From: Camelus ferus
Lineage: Eukaryota
NCBI RefSeq assembly: GCF_009834535.1
Contig: NC_045696.1
Location: 35,528,001 to 35,592,000 of the forward strand
Direction of reading: 5' to 3'
DNA: 64,000 bases
Shown in pieces: positions 26,145 to 37,338 of the stretch. The notes beneath the pieces were generated by a model. The model saw only the letters and a list, made by a program, of their open reading frames with translations. It searched no databases and was not told the DNA's origin. Made by a program: the position numbers and the translations under genes. Position 1 is the stretch's first letter. Each line of letters begins with the position of its first letter.

Positions 26145-27600
26145 AGCAATCACTGAGTATTTGTTGAGTGAGCATCATGTGTTTGGCCCTGTGTTACACT
26201 GTGTGAAATGAAAGGGACAAAGATAATATAGTATCTGTCCCTTGTCTCAAAGATCTAACTGCACAAGTGTAAAGAAAAAAAAACCTACCCATGAAAAGCA
26301 TTATAACAAAACCCATATATAAGTTGGGGTAAGGGAATACAGCTCAGTGGTAGAATGCGTGCTTAGCGGGCATGAGATCCTGGGTTCGATCCCAGTACCT
26401 CCACTAAATAAATAAATAAATTAAATAATCAGCAAAGCCATGTGTAAGGAAAGCTAAAGTGCACAGTACGATTTGTAAATATGGCATTACATGTATATAA
26501 AATACAAAAGAAAAAGGAAAGAGAAATTTGAGACGGGAATCATGTCAACTGGGATCATCAAAGATGAAGCTGGCTGTGACTGAGAGCAGGGGAGCAGGAA
26601 TGCAATGGAGAAGAATAAGAACCATGGAATAGGGGCAACTGAGTATGTTGAACTGAAGGTTACGCTGAGAATCCAGACTGGAGAAGTGCAAGGTAAGCAG
26701 GAATAAATCAAAAGGGAGAAAATTATTTATGGACTATAGCTAAGGGGAGATATTTGAGTGTTTCTAATAATTTGCACTCCATATTTCAAGCTGAGAAATG
26801 ACATTCATCTCAACAAATATCATGAACCATCACCTACATTATGGTTGGATATAATTGGTAAGAGTGAGGTGCTGAGATGTGTGGCATGGTGGAGAGGTTT
26901 GTGTAAAAGGAGCTGGGAATAGCAATTTGAATGAAACTCAATCATCCTTTGTAGGTAGTATTAAATTAATTAATTTAGAAGATTAATATTGAATGCAGAT
27001 GCAAAATGGATTAGATAGCAAAGGCAATGGGTTCAAGAAGACATATGATCTTTTTTCATACCACCTTTTCCATATGAATGGCCACTGCTTCCTCACCACA
27101 TTATTTAGGAGGCAAACAGAGGAAGATCTTTAGAAATATTCAAGAAGCAGGATAGTGAGAAGAGAGAGTGCTGTCTCAGTAGCCAGCATCTTGAAAGCCT
27201 CGGACATGGAGAGAGTAGTGAAAATATCAGATGTTGCTCAGTAGACCACACAAACTGCAAGAAAGTAAAGAAAAAGCACCCTTAGATTTAGCGTTGGAAG
27301 CTATTCTTGACATTCATCCCAGTGGTTTCATTGAATTGGTAGAAGTTGGAGAATGAATGGATATAAGAAAATAGAAAAAGAGAGGCTAGAATATGCTTTC
27401 CACAGTTGTTCTGGAGACAGAAATTAGTAGTTGCATCAGCAAGTGTGGCCGGGAGAAGGGGACAAGGCGGGGATATTGTTCTGTTTGCTTTGTTTAGGAA
27501 AGTAGTGTCTTGAACCTGTCTATGAGCTGTTGGAGGAGAGGCTAATAAATGTGAGATGTCCTAGTTGACAGTGTCTAAAACAGGAGAAATGAAGATAATC
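26145..27600 (-). mobile_element. Fragmented old L2 (hosts the tRNA-derived SINE)
   Basis: tatttgttgagtgagcatcatgtg at start and patchy reverse L2 motifs (ccttagatttagcgttggaag, cagtggtttcattgaattggt). Confidence 0.5.
26326..26428 (+). mobile_element. Short tRNA-Ala-derived SINE (Vic-1-like, camelid)
   Basis: gggg...acagctcagtggtagaatgcgtgcttagcgggcatgagatcctgggttcgatcccagtacctcca followed by (taaa)n; Pol III A box and B box (ggttcgatcc) visible. Confidence 0.85.
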
Positions 27601-27844
27601 AAGAGTTCAGGTGGAGAGAGGATGGAAGAGGGAAGAAATCAGTTTTAGTTTCAGACTCTCAAAGTGTGATATTTTCTGTGATCATTGCCAGGTGTTTCAA
27701 CTTCCTGACATGCATGTGTGCACATGCACGTGCGTGCGCATGCACACACACAGAGCCCCCCATCTGTCTGAACCTTTATTAGCCTATTCTATATATTCAC
27801 ACACCCAAGCACTAAACATAGGTAGCTAAGTCTTTACTGTTTTT

Positions 27845-27886
27845 ATTGTTGTTGTTGTTGTTGTTGTTATTATTATTATTATTATT
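27845..27886. repeat. Compound (GTT)n(ATT)n microsatellite
   Basis: attgttgttgttgttgttgttgttattattattattattatt. Confidence 0.9.
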
Positions 27887-29044
27887 CATTATTTCAGTTC
27901 ATTTATTTGATAGCCTTCAAATAGGAATATTTTTTATTTCACTTCCAAACCTGTATTCCTCCCTGGGTCAATAGTAATTTAAGTCAGACTTCGAAATGTT
28001 CAAGAAAAATGTTTTTAACAGATAACTGAATGCAGATTTAAAGACTTTAAGAGATAGTTGGGTCCACCCTTCCTTTTTTCTTTCTACACAATAAAATGCC
28101 GCCACAGAAAATACATATATACTGTTTCCTAATGTCACTCTCAGATCTGGGGTTTTTGTCACTCTAAGTTACAAATCTTATGAATTAAAGCTCAGAAGAA
28201 AGTTGGCTTCATTACTTCAGAATCAAGATTCTTACAGTAAGTCAAATCCCTGATGGAAAGCCCACAGAGTCATCTTCACATGCCTTTAAATTCTCTGTTC
28301 TAGGTAGAAAGTGGCACAATTTCCAAAGTGTTCACTGACTGTCTCTCAGAGTTTTTAATGAGCTGATACCTGTACAACCCTTTGAGAAATTTAAACCAGG
28401 GTTTTTTAAAAAATATATAGAGTAGACGTATGAAAGTAAAAGACAAGTGAGTCAAAAGCATAGTAGGCCATGTGAGTACTCATTTTAAGAGATAGAAAGA
28501 ACATACAATGTAATAGCTTTAAAGAAAAAGTAGATATTGAAGACATTATCACAATTATCCTTATAAATGCACAGAATAGTGACAGACTGCTTTGGAAAAG
28601 TCATGAAATACTTTCCTAAAAAGTGTTAGTATTCACACAGTATTTCTCAGGTACGTGTTATGATAAATTGGTTAACTGAAAAGTGCTTTAATTAAGGAGA
28701 CAAAGTTTAAATTATTTAGCTCCTCTCTTTCTTGACTTTTTTACATTTCTTTTCATACCCTGGGTCTTACTAGGGTAAGACAGGAATGCATTCTGCAAAG
28801 TAAATACCTATTAATCAGTAAGGAATTCCTGGAAGTCAATACATAAAGTAAATCTCCCAATGATGCATTACTGTTAGATCTTGTCAGCTGTTTAAATATA
28901 TGACCTAGTCAGTGTAGTTGGGATGCTAGTGTTTTGTGACTGATCTATAAAGTACCAACAATAGCTAAAAGCAAATTTTAGTCTCTGGAAATGTCTTAGT
29001 CAGTCTGTAATTGTTTGTTTGTTTGTTTGTTTTGTGTTTTTAAA

Positions 29045-29270
29045 CATCAGTGATTTGGAGCCCAGTCTCTGGAGCCAGAATGCCTGAGTTCTTACCCAGA
29101 CTCCACCGTCTCCTAGCTCGTCACTTCACTTCTCCAGCATTCGAGTTCCTCCTCTATGTAATGGAGCTCGTGATGGTGCTGATATAAAGCATTGTAGTGA
29201 ATATTAAATAAAATGTTAGGGAGATCCCTGGCAAATAGTAGGAACTCTATGAATGGTCACTACCATTATT
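29045..29270 (+). mobile_element. MIR SINE
   Basis: tctctggagccagaatgcctgagttc...cctggcaaatagtagg; preceded by (GTTT)n at 29011-29032. Confidence 0.8.
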
Positions 29271-30559
29271 TAACAGTTTATTTTTTTTCCGAAGAAAAAA
29301 TATGTAATGCATAATGATCCTCCCTATGTTTAAAAAGGAAAGAAACTATATTTCAGATTCTGAATTACAAAAAGGAAAAATATATATATATAAAATGAAA
29401 GAATTTAGCTTTAACACATTTTCCTTTGTTCTCCAAGCTACTAACATTGACAAAGGAGTGCTGACATTTTGGAGAAATAGACTTTTTGGTGAATAGTACA
29501 ATTTCTTTGTTCTTGTTTTTGACGTTTACTGTTTCAACCAACAATCTAAGTGAAACCATGCAAACGTTGGTGTCTAAAATGGGACAGAAGGTGAGGTTGT
29601 GATTTGAGTAATAGAGAGGGATTTAAAAATTCAGCATTTTGTTTCCATGTACACCATTCACTCTGACTGGAAAGAAACAAATGATAATCATAATTGAGTC
29701 AAGACATTTTCAGAATTTTCAGATGTGCTCAAGTTTAACATTCTCTTCAGTGATAGTCAAAGGACCCCGTGGATTTAAGAGAGTCATGATCCAAGCCATC
29801 AACTGTCTCTTAAAATTCATGTTTATTATTCTGGTTTAGAGAATATGGATTATCTTTCTTCAGTAAATGCCAGCTCTGGAATTGTTTATTAAGTGCCTAT
29901 ATCATTAATACTTCCAAGGGGCTCTTTGACCTCAGAGTAGCCTTCTTTGGCACAGGCACTTGGGTTTTCAACACTGCATAGCTGGCAATGAAACGTGGAC
30001 TATTCTCCATGTAATGTCTGAGAAACATTCTGGGATTTGTTTTCTGATTTGAAATTGCCAAGAATATTCAAGAGTGGCTTTGGGGATCATGCAACTTAGG
30101 CACGATTTTGTTGGAAGAGAGAGGAAAAGAGGGACACCGAAAATGAAAAGAAAACCCTAAAGTCAATTAAACAGCCATTAAAGTCATAGAGGGGGTGGTA
30201 TTGAGTCCACATAGCTTCTCAAAGTCTTGGCACCTCAGTCTTCTCTGGTCAGCAAGTTCCTTCACAAATGTTTTCTGCTTTTACTTCTTTCAGGTCTTTT
30301 GGTCACATATATTTGTGACCTCTGGTAATAATAAACTCAGCATGTGATGTTACTCCTTGCTGAAGGATTAAAACATGTCAAGATTATAATAATGCTTATT
30401 ATGTTTTATTTTTTATTCATAAATGTCACAAACCGTAAGGAAATTTCTTTGAAGTTGGGGAGGGTGCTTTTCATTGATAGCCTAAGATGTGAGAGTTCAT
30501 TCACAGTTATGCAATTAGTGGGCTTTTTTCTTTTATTGTACTTTCTTTAGGATTTGTTA

Positions 30560-31420
30560 CCTAAGCAGTATGTGAATAAAGGCAGTTTTAAATATTCCTT
30601 TCTAATCTTGCCTTGCTCCACGAAATTTTGTCAATTTTTTTCTCGTCTTTTTCTGCTCTATCTTTAGGTTCAGATGCATTTATAGGTATATTTCTTCCCA
30701 CTGTGTTTGTGTTTTTATTACGCCCCTCTTTTTGTCTAATGACATTCATGCCCTTACAGTCTGTTTTGTCTGACGTTAACATAGCTACGCCAGTTCTCTT
30801 ATGCTACTATTTATGTTGTATATCCTCTTCCATCTTTTCACTGCCAACTGATTTTTTAGTTTTGAACTTAAGGTGGATTTCTTATAGACAGCATATAATT
30901 GAATCTTGCTTTTGTGAACCAATCTGACAGACTCTGCCATGCATTTGGGGTGTTTGGTTCATTCACATTTAGTGTAAAAGTTAAGATGTTTGGATTTAGG
31001 TGTGCTGTTTGTTGATTGTTTTTTACTTGGCTGAATACTTTTTTTTTGTCTTTCTGCTTTCTCATTGAATCTTTTCTGATTTTGTTGCACCATTAGTTTA
31101 ACACAATGGTTAGTATATCATTTTGATTCCTCTATTGACATTTTGACTCCTTTATTGACTTTTAACAATACTTCTTTGTGCTACTTTTTGGTTTTTGTAG
31201 TGATTTCAGGGTACATCTCTAACTTATCAAATCAGCTTCAAATTGTTCCTGAATTACTTCTGGTAAAATAGAAAAAAGTGTGATATTTATAATCCTCCAC
31301 CCCTTCATCCCGTATGCTGCTGTTGTCATATATATGATAACACATATGTCTTAAAATCAAATATAGAGTCTTGTGTTTACTTTAACCGCTCATGTGACTT
31401 TTAAACAATTTGAGAAAAGA
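30560..31420 (-). mobile_element. Old L1 fragment covering the ORF2 start (endonuclease)
   Basis: Minus-strand ORFs give ILTFTLNVNEPNTP and LTSDKTDCK...IRQKEG, decayed versions of L1 ORF2 TLNVNGLN and ISDKTDFK...RDKEG. Confidence 0.8.
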
Positions 31421-33770
31421 TATAATAGTGAATAGTAACAGAATAGGAAAAGAGCAGTTATGAGACTTTCACTCTATTCTATTTGCCATTCCAGCTTCTA
31501 AATACCACATATTGTTGTTCAAAGCTGTCATCAGTAAAATAAAATGACATATTCTCTTACCTTGGGAGGTATGTATATTTTGTAAGATAAACTATTCTTG
31601 TAGAGATTTCAAATTTGATGTTATCATGGTATCAAATTAGAATTGAGCTAATTGCAATATTAATTTGAAATTGTGTGTGCACACACACAGGGACAAACAC
31701 ACTCTAATGATCATTTGATACTGCTTTTCATTTTACTAAGCATTTCAATGTGCCTTTCCTCATTTGGTTATATTTAAGGGATCTGCTGTTACAGAATGTT
31801 ACATATCAGTTAAATATGTTCTGAGAGGCCATGTGCTCTGCCACAAATTATATAGTCAAGTTTCAAATTTTGTCAAATTTAGTCACCTCCTTCACCGTCA
31901 AAGTATCAGCACATGGTCAAATCAACTTTTTAAGCCTATATAAAAAGCTGCTTTTCTGATTTTCAAAGTAGTTTCTAATCAATATTTTTTTGGTTTGGTT
32001 TTGTTGTATGGTGACACTCCAAGTATGTGAGTAATTTTTTTTAATGTTAACTATGGGCCATGAGAGTCACATGGGGATGAATAAGATATTTTGTTCAAAC
32101 AATGGGAGATCTTGACTATAGTGAGGATCAATGCTGATGTAATACAAAGCAATTTATAATGTGTTTATCAAAGATCCAAAGCACACTGATTGTAAAGTGA
32201 AAGCTCCTGGAAATAAACTATGAAAGGATACAGATGAAGAGACACATTTTCATGCCTGTGCCTCATTTCCAGAGCCTGGTGATAGTCCTGCTGTTCTCAG
32301 CATGCTGCTCAGTGGTGATCTCATCGCTAACATAAGATGCATTCAGCTATCTGATACCTAGATGGCAGCCTACAAAATATAAACACAGTGCCTTCAAATG
32401 GACCATAAAGCCTGACTAAACTCTACAAATTAGGAATAGGAATGAATACCTGTTCCATCATTACATCATTTGGGTACACCCAGCAAATTACTCTCTGATG
32501 TATAAATCTGGAAAAAAATTTTTGTATATCTGTGTGTGTAAAAAATTGTTCTTATTTTATTTTATGTTTGTTAAAATGTAATGTCTTATAGCAAAAGATT
32601 GTACCCACAGAGGTGGACTTGAAAAGGACAGCATTGGGGCTCACGCTTCAATTGTGCCAGCCATATTACATAAAGAGACATTTGGAATAAGAACTACAGT
32701 TCAGAACTCGGTGGACAGGAACATTTCAGTACACCTTCAGGAATTAATATAAGCTTTTCTGTCCTGTGCATGATAGTGACTCACATAAATGTGTTACCAT
32801 TGATCTGTTTTAGCAGTGACATTTAATCTTGTTTTAGGAGAATCTTCCCTAAGGTTGAATGAATATTGCTCTGTCTTTGATTGAGGATGCTTGAAACCTG
32901 TGAAGAGAATTTTCTTTAAAAAAATGCAGTGTTGTCATCTTAACCACATAAGCTTTCACAGTTCAGGCAGAGTTCCTTTTCTTCAGGCCTTGTCCTGGAT
33001 TTGCCTCACAAATAGCTTCATGGAGAGAAGTCAGTGATGCTAAGATCGTAGGTGCCAGCAAGTCTAATTGTGATGGATGAAGCATGGTTTCAGATAAAGA
33101 TTTATTCTCATTTCAGAACTTCTTGTTCTAGTTGGCATTATTCCTTGAGAGTACAAACCTGGGATAGAGGTCCCTGAATTATTTCTAAAACATTGGCATG
33201 AGAAAAATATACCCATCTTGGTGTTTATCAGTCAAGGCACAGCGTGAGTGCCACAGTGTCTGTCAATTGAGAAATGAGGCAAGGAGAATGGATCAGTCAT
33301 ATTTTAGTGTCCCCTTGAAGTGCCTTTCTTGATACCTAATAGACACTTAAGAGCTATTCTCTGAAAGGAATCACACTGAAAGAGAAGTCCGCTTAGGACC
33401 TAGTTCTTGCCCAGAGAGATACGAGGAAGAAAGCATTCATCAGTATTAACTGTTTCAAATACGATCGCTGGCACCAGAGTAAACACGGGAGGAGAAAGTC
33501 ATCCTGAGTTACGGATGTGGTGCGCTAGTTTCATGGCACCAGGTGGGAATGTTAACACTTAATCAGTCTCTCTGGCGTTATTTCCTGTCCATATTGCCAG
33601 CTTTATCACCATGAACGATGCTTTGATCCTCTTCTGTGGTGTCAAGAACAACAGGCCACAGCATCAGAGACATTCCAATCAGTGGGGTATCGTTTTACAT
33701 TAGCGCTTATCAGATGTGATATTTCACTAATGCATTTTGACAACATCTGACACAATACCAGTGCCTCGCT

Positions 33771-33813
33771 ATAGATACAGATACAAATACAGATGCAGAT
33801 ACAGATACAGAGA
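33771..33813. repeat. (AGATAC)n hexanucleotide repeat
   Basis: atagatacagatacaaatacagatgcagatacagatacagaga. Confidence 0.85.
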
Positions 33814-34069
33814 CGCCTAAAATGGAGATTAACCACAAAGCCCTTTGTCTGGCCCTCGTCTAGATTTTGAAAGCAGAAGGCAGTATTCTCTCCTAAAATG
33901 TGCTGCAGCGTTCTCCTTGATAATGCTTAATCCTCTTTTATGGAAAATGAAATTCTTCGATTTTGAACACACTTGATAGTTACCTCATGTTAAAACAATG
34001 CCAACGTGGAAATGCGAAGAACTGAAAATGCTCATATTGCACACACCTACCGGTTGTGAAAAATACCTT

Positions 34070-34230
34070 ACATAATAGTAAAAGCTCTTTTTTAGTAAGT
34101 ACCTGCTCTGTGTTAACACTTTATGGTCGTTTCAGTGTTCACAACCACTCTGTGAGGCAGACGTTTTGCACATGTGGTAATTGAGTTCAAAGCATTTGAA
34201 TAGTTTCTTGATATCACTTAGAAAGAGGCC
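34070..34230 (-). mobile_element. MIR SINE (decayed)
   Basis: ttcacaaccactctgtgaggcaga...taattgagttcaaag. Confidence 0.55.
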
Positions 34231-34810
34231 AAGCCCTTTTCCTCCCTGAGAGGCAACTTCACCACACTCAAACCCTCTACTGCCACTCAAGACCACCCTC
34301 CCTTTTTCTATCTATTTGTCCAAATATCAAATTATTCTAAAATTAGGATAGGAAAGCATTGCAGTGTGATGTAAAATAGTGGTCACGGAAAGTCAGTTTG
34401 AAATAGTTTAAAACCTCTCCACAGTTAGATTTTCTTTTTGGAACTGCCTTTTTTATTTTTTATTTTTTATTTTTTTTTTTACTGTTTGATAGTCAGTTAA
34501 CTAAACTAGGAGGAATAGAATACGAGTGCTTTCCACTAGCAGGAAGGGAAAGAAACAACTGATAAATATTAATGTGTTATAGATCCAAGACAGAGTTGGA
34601 GCATAGGAAAATCTCAGATCTGGGTGTGTTCAAATCAGGTCCTGTATTGCAAATTGGATGATCAGGGCATTACTGACAAATGGGGATGGGGAGAGAAATG
34701 TGTAAAGGGGGAGTTAAAGAGAATAACAAAATACCATAAAAAATTAACAACCCATCCACTGATTTCAAAAAGACTGCTCCTAATTGCTACATATATAGTC
34801 AAAAATGCAT

Positions 34811-34836
34811 ACACACACACACACACACACACACAC
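34811..34836. repeat. (AC)n microsatellite
   Basis: Perfect run of about 13 AC units. Confidence 0.9.
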
Positions 34837-36771
34837 CTCTACACCTGTAAAGCCAGAGCTATGAGATTTCCTGGATAGAAAACAATTAGTTTTGCATTAT
34901 AGCATCAAGAAAATGTTATGGCTTCCCCATTTCCCTTCCAAAATGTCCACAACTTATATTTTTAATAATGTAAACTATTAATATGAATGGTTCTATCAGT
35001 TCAATATGTAAAAGGCAGACTAGACATTTTTCTAAGATTATTTTTACAATTAAAAAAGTTAGAGAAAGAACATTTTGTATCCGACCAAAAATCATTCAAA
35101 CAGATGAGGTAATGCATTCTTTTGCATCACTTCTACATAAGTGATATTCTTTGAGGTTTCTAAGTGGCTTGAAAGGCGATTTTATAGGTTGAAATATTGT
35201 CCTTTCTAGCTTTATGGTCAGAGCAAAACAGTACTCGTCTGGAAGGCGTATAATATTGCACACGGGGTTAATTAGGTTAGGGATGAATTAATTTGTAACA
35301 ATTTCCGTTATTTGACAGGCATCAATAATATAGTATATTACTTGCATTCCAGACATCAGCATACTGCCGTGACCCAGTCAGATTCAATTTGGGAAAATCT
35401 TGGATCATATGAATATTTTATTATTGATTTTTGTAACATCATATTTTATAATCAGGCCTGGTTATAAAACACCATAATAACTTGAGATATTTTTGAGAGC
35501 CACACTGTTGGTGAATGGAAATCATGCTTTCTGTAGCAAAATGAAAACTCACTGTTCTCTTCCTGGAATGAGATGTTAAGGTATAACTTTGTACATTATT
35601 AACAGCTATTAAAGAAGCTCCTTTTCTAAGCAGTCTCTCCATCCTTTGATTGGATGTTTTTGTTGAGGGGTTAGTGGGGTCTGGTGATAGTTTGTATAAC
35701 TTGGTTATCTGGCTTCTTTACCATTTGACTATTTTCAGTTAAGTTGACTTCTTCTAAAACTCCCTCTATATACCCAGGCCCCCACTCCTTTGCACACAGT
35801 GATCAAAGTATCTGATTTTGCACATAAATGATCAGATGTCAGGCTAATTTGATACAGAAAGGTTATGTCGATCGTACCAGTGGTTAACTGCATTCTATTT
35901 CCAGATAAGAGCTTGCATTCATCAAAAACCTAATTGTAGAACTTTTGGTTATGGAAATACCAAGCTGAATCTACTCACAATGTGTAAAGGCACAAAAGTG
36001 ACATGGCTAAAGAATGATAGGGCTATAAAGCACAAGAATTGCTATTAAGTAATGAGTTTTCTTGTTGTATATATATATTTGAAAAAGTATAACACTGTAC
36101 ACAAATATTTACACTGTGTTTATTACATTTAAACAGTATTGTGGAATCAGAATCGCATACACACATTCACACGCATACATACACGTACATACATCTTCCC
36201 CAAAGAATGATAAATGCTGATGTTCCTTAGCCTGAAAGTCTAATTGGTCAAACCACACTTCCTCGGTTCTCTTAATTTTCATATTTTTTTCAGAATATTT
36301 TACTCTTGCCCATTCTTTTGTTGAAATCATCGACCCCCAGTATCCACAGATCCTGTGCCTCCAGTACCATTTACTCTTTCTCTAAGTTCTAAAATGTAGT
36401 TTTCTAAATTTCTGTTCATAAATGTCATGTATCTTTTTTCTCTATTCCTTTTTGCTACAGAATATGAGAACTTTTGAGGAAAGAGATTGCGTGGAGTGGG
36501 GGAGAGAGATTGGGAGGGGAGCTAATGTGGCATGGCATAGGTGCTCGCTATGATAAATGCACACACATGCACGCCACTAGTGTGTATACACGTGTGTATG
36601 TGTGTATTAGCGTTGATTTAGTTCAATAAACATTAACCACCAATTTTGTATCAGGCAGTGTTAGGATACCTAGTACACAAAGATATATAGAACATAAATC
36701 CTCTTCTCATTGAATTTTCAGCACAATAGTGCCGAGACCCCCAAAGAGAGATAATGAGTATATAATATATT

Positions 36772-36955
36772 GGGGTGGGGAGGGATAAATTAGGAATTTG
36801 GGATTTGCAGATAGTAACTACTCTATATAAAATAGATTAAAAAAACAAGGCCCTACTGTATCGCACAGGGAACTATATTCAAAGTGAAAAAGAATATATA
36901 TATATATAACATTGTAAATCAACTGTATGTCAATTAAATGTTTTAAAATTAAAAG
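36772..36955 (+). mobile_element. Truncated L1 3'UTR fragment (cetartiodactyl type)
   Basis: ggggagggataaattaggaatttgggatttgcagat...ctgtatcgcacagggaactatattcaa...acattgtaaatcaact. Confidence 0.8.
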
Positions 36956-37282
36956 ATTTAAGCATAAGCAAGTGTTAAAATTACACACAGGAGAACAATA
37001 TAGTACACTAATCAGGATGGGGAGAAAACTGAAACCCTCAGAGACTAAGCACAATGGTACTGCCCATCAAAACCGCATCCAGAGGAGAGGAGTGCCCCTC
37101 CTTGTTCTGTCGGGAGACAGACTTACTCTTTGTGTGAAAATGGGGGCCTCAGATTGCATAAACCATTGCCATAAAATGTTGAAATAGCTTCTCTCTCTTT
37201 TAATGCTAAGCTACCCTGTGGTTTCCCTATAAAGAAAGATGCACAGCTTTTCAGTTGAGGCTGATGGTGTATCAAATAATGA

Positions 37283-37338
37283 TATACATATACATACATA
37301 CATACATGCATACATACATACATACATATATACATACA
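37283..37338. repeat. (TACA)n tetranucleotide microsatellite
   Basis: tatacatatacatacatacatacatgcatacatacatacatacatatatacataca. Confidence 0.9.

Noticed and set aside
26326..26404. Functional tRNA-Ala gene
   Set aside because: Disrupted acceptor and anticodon stems, and a (TAAA)n tail in place of a T-run terminator; it is a SINE.
30588..31065. ORFs with endonuclease-like motifs
   Set aside because: Frameshifted remnants of L1 ORF2, not a gene.
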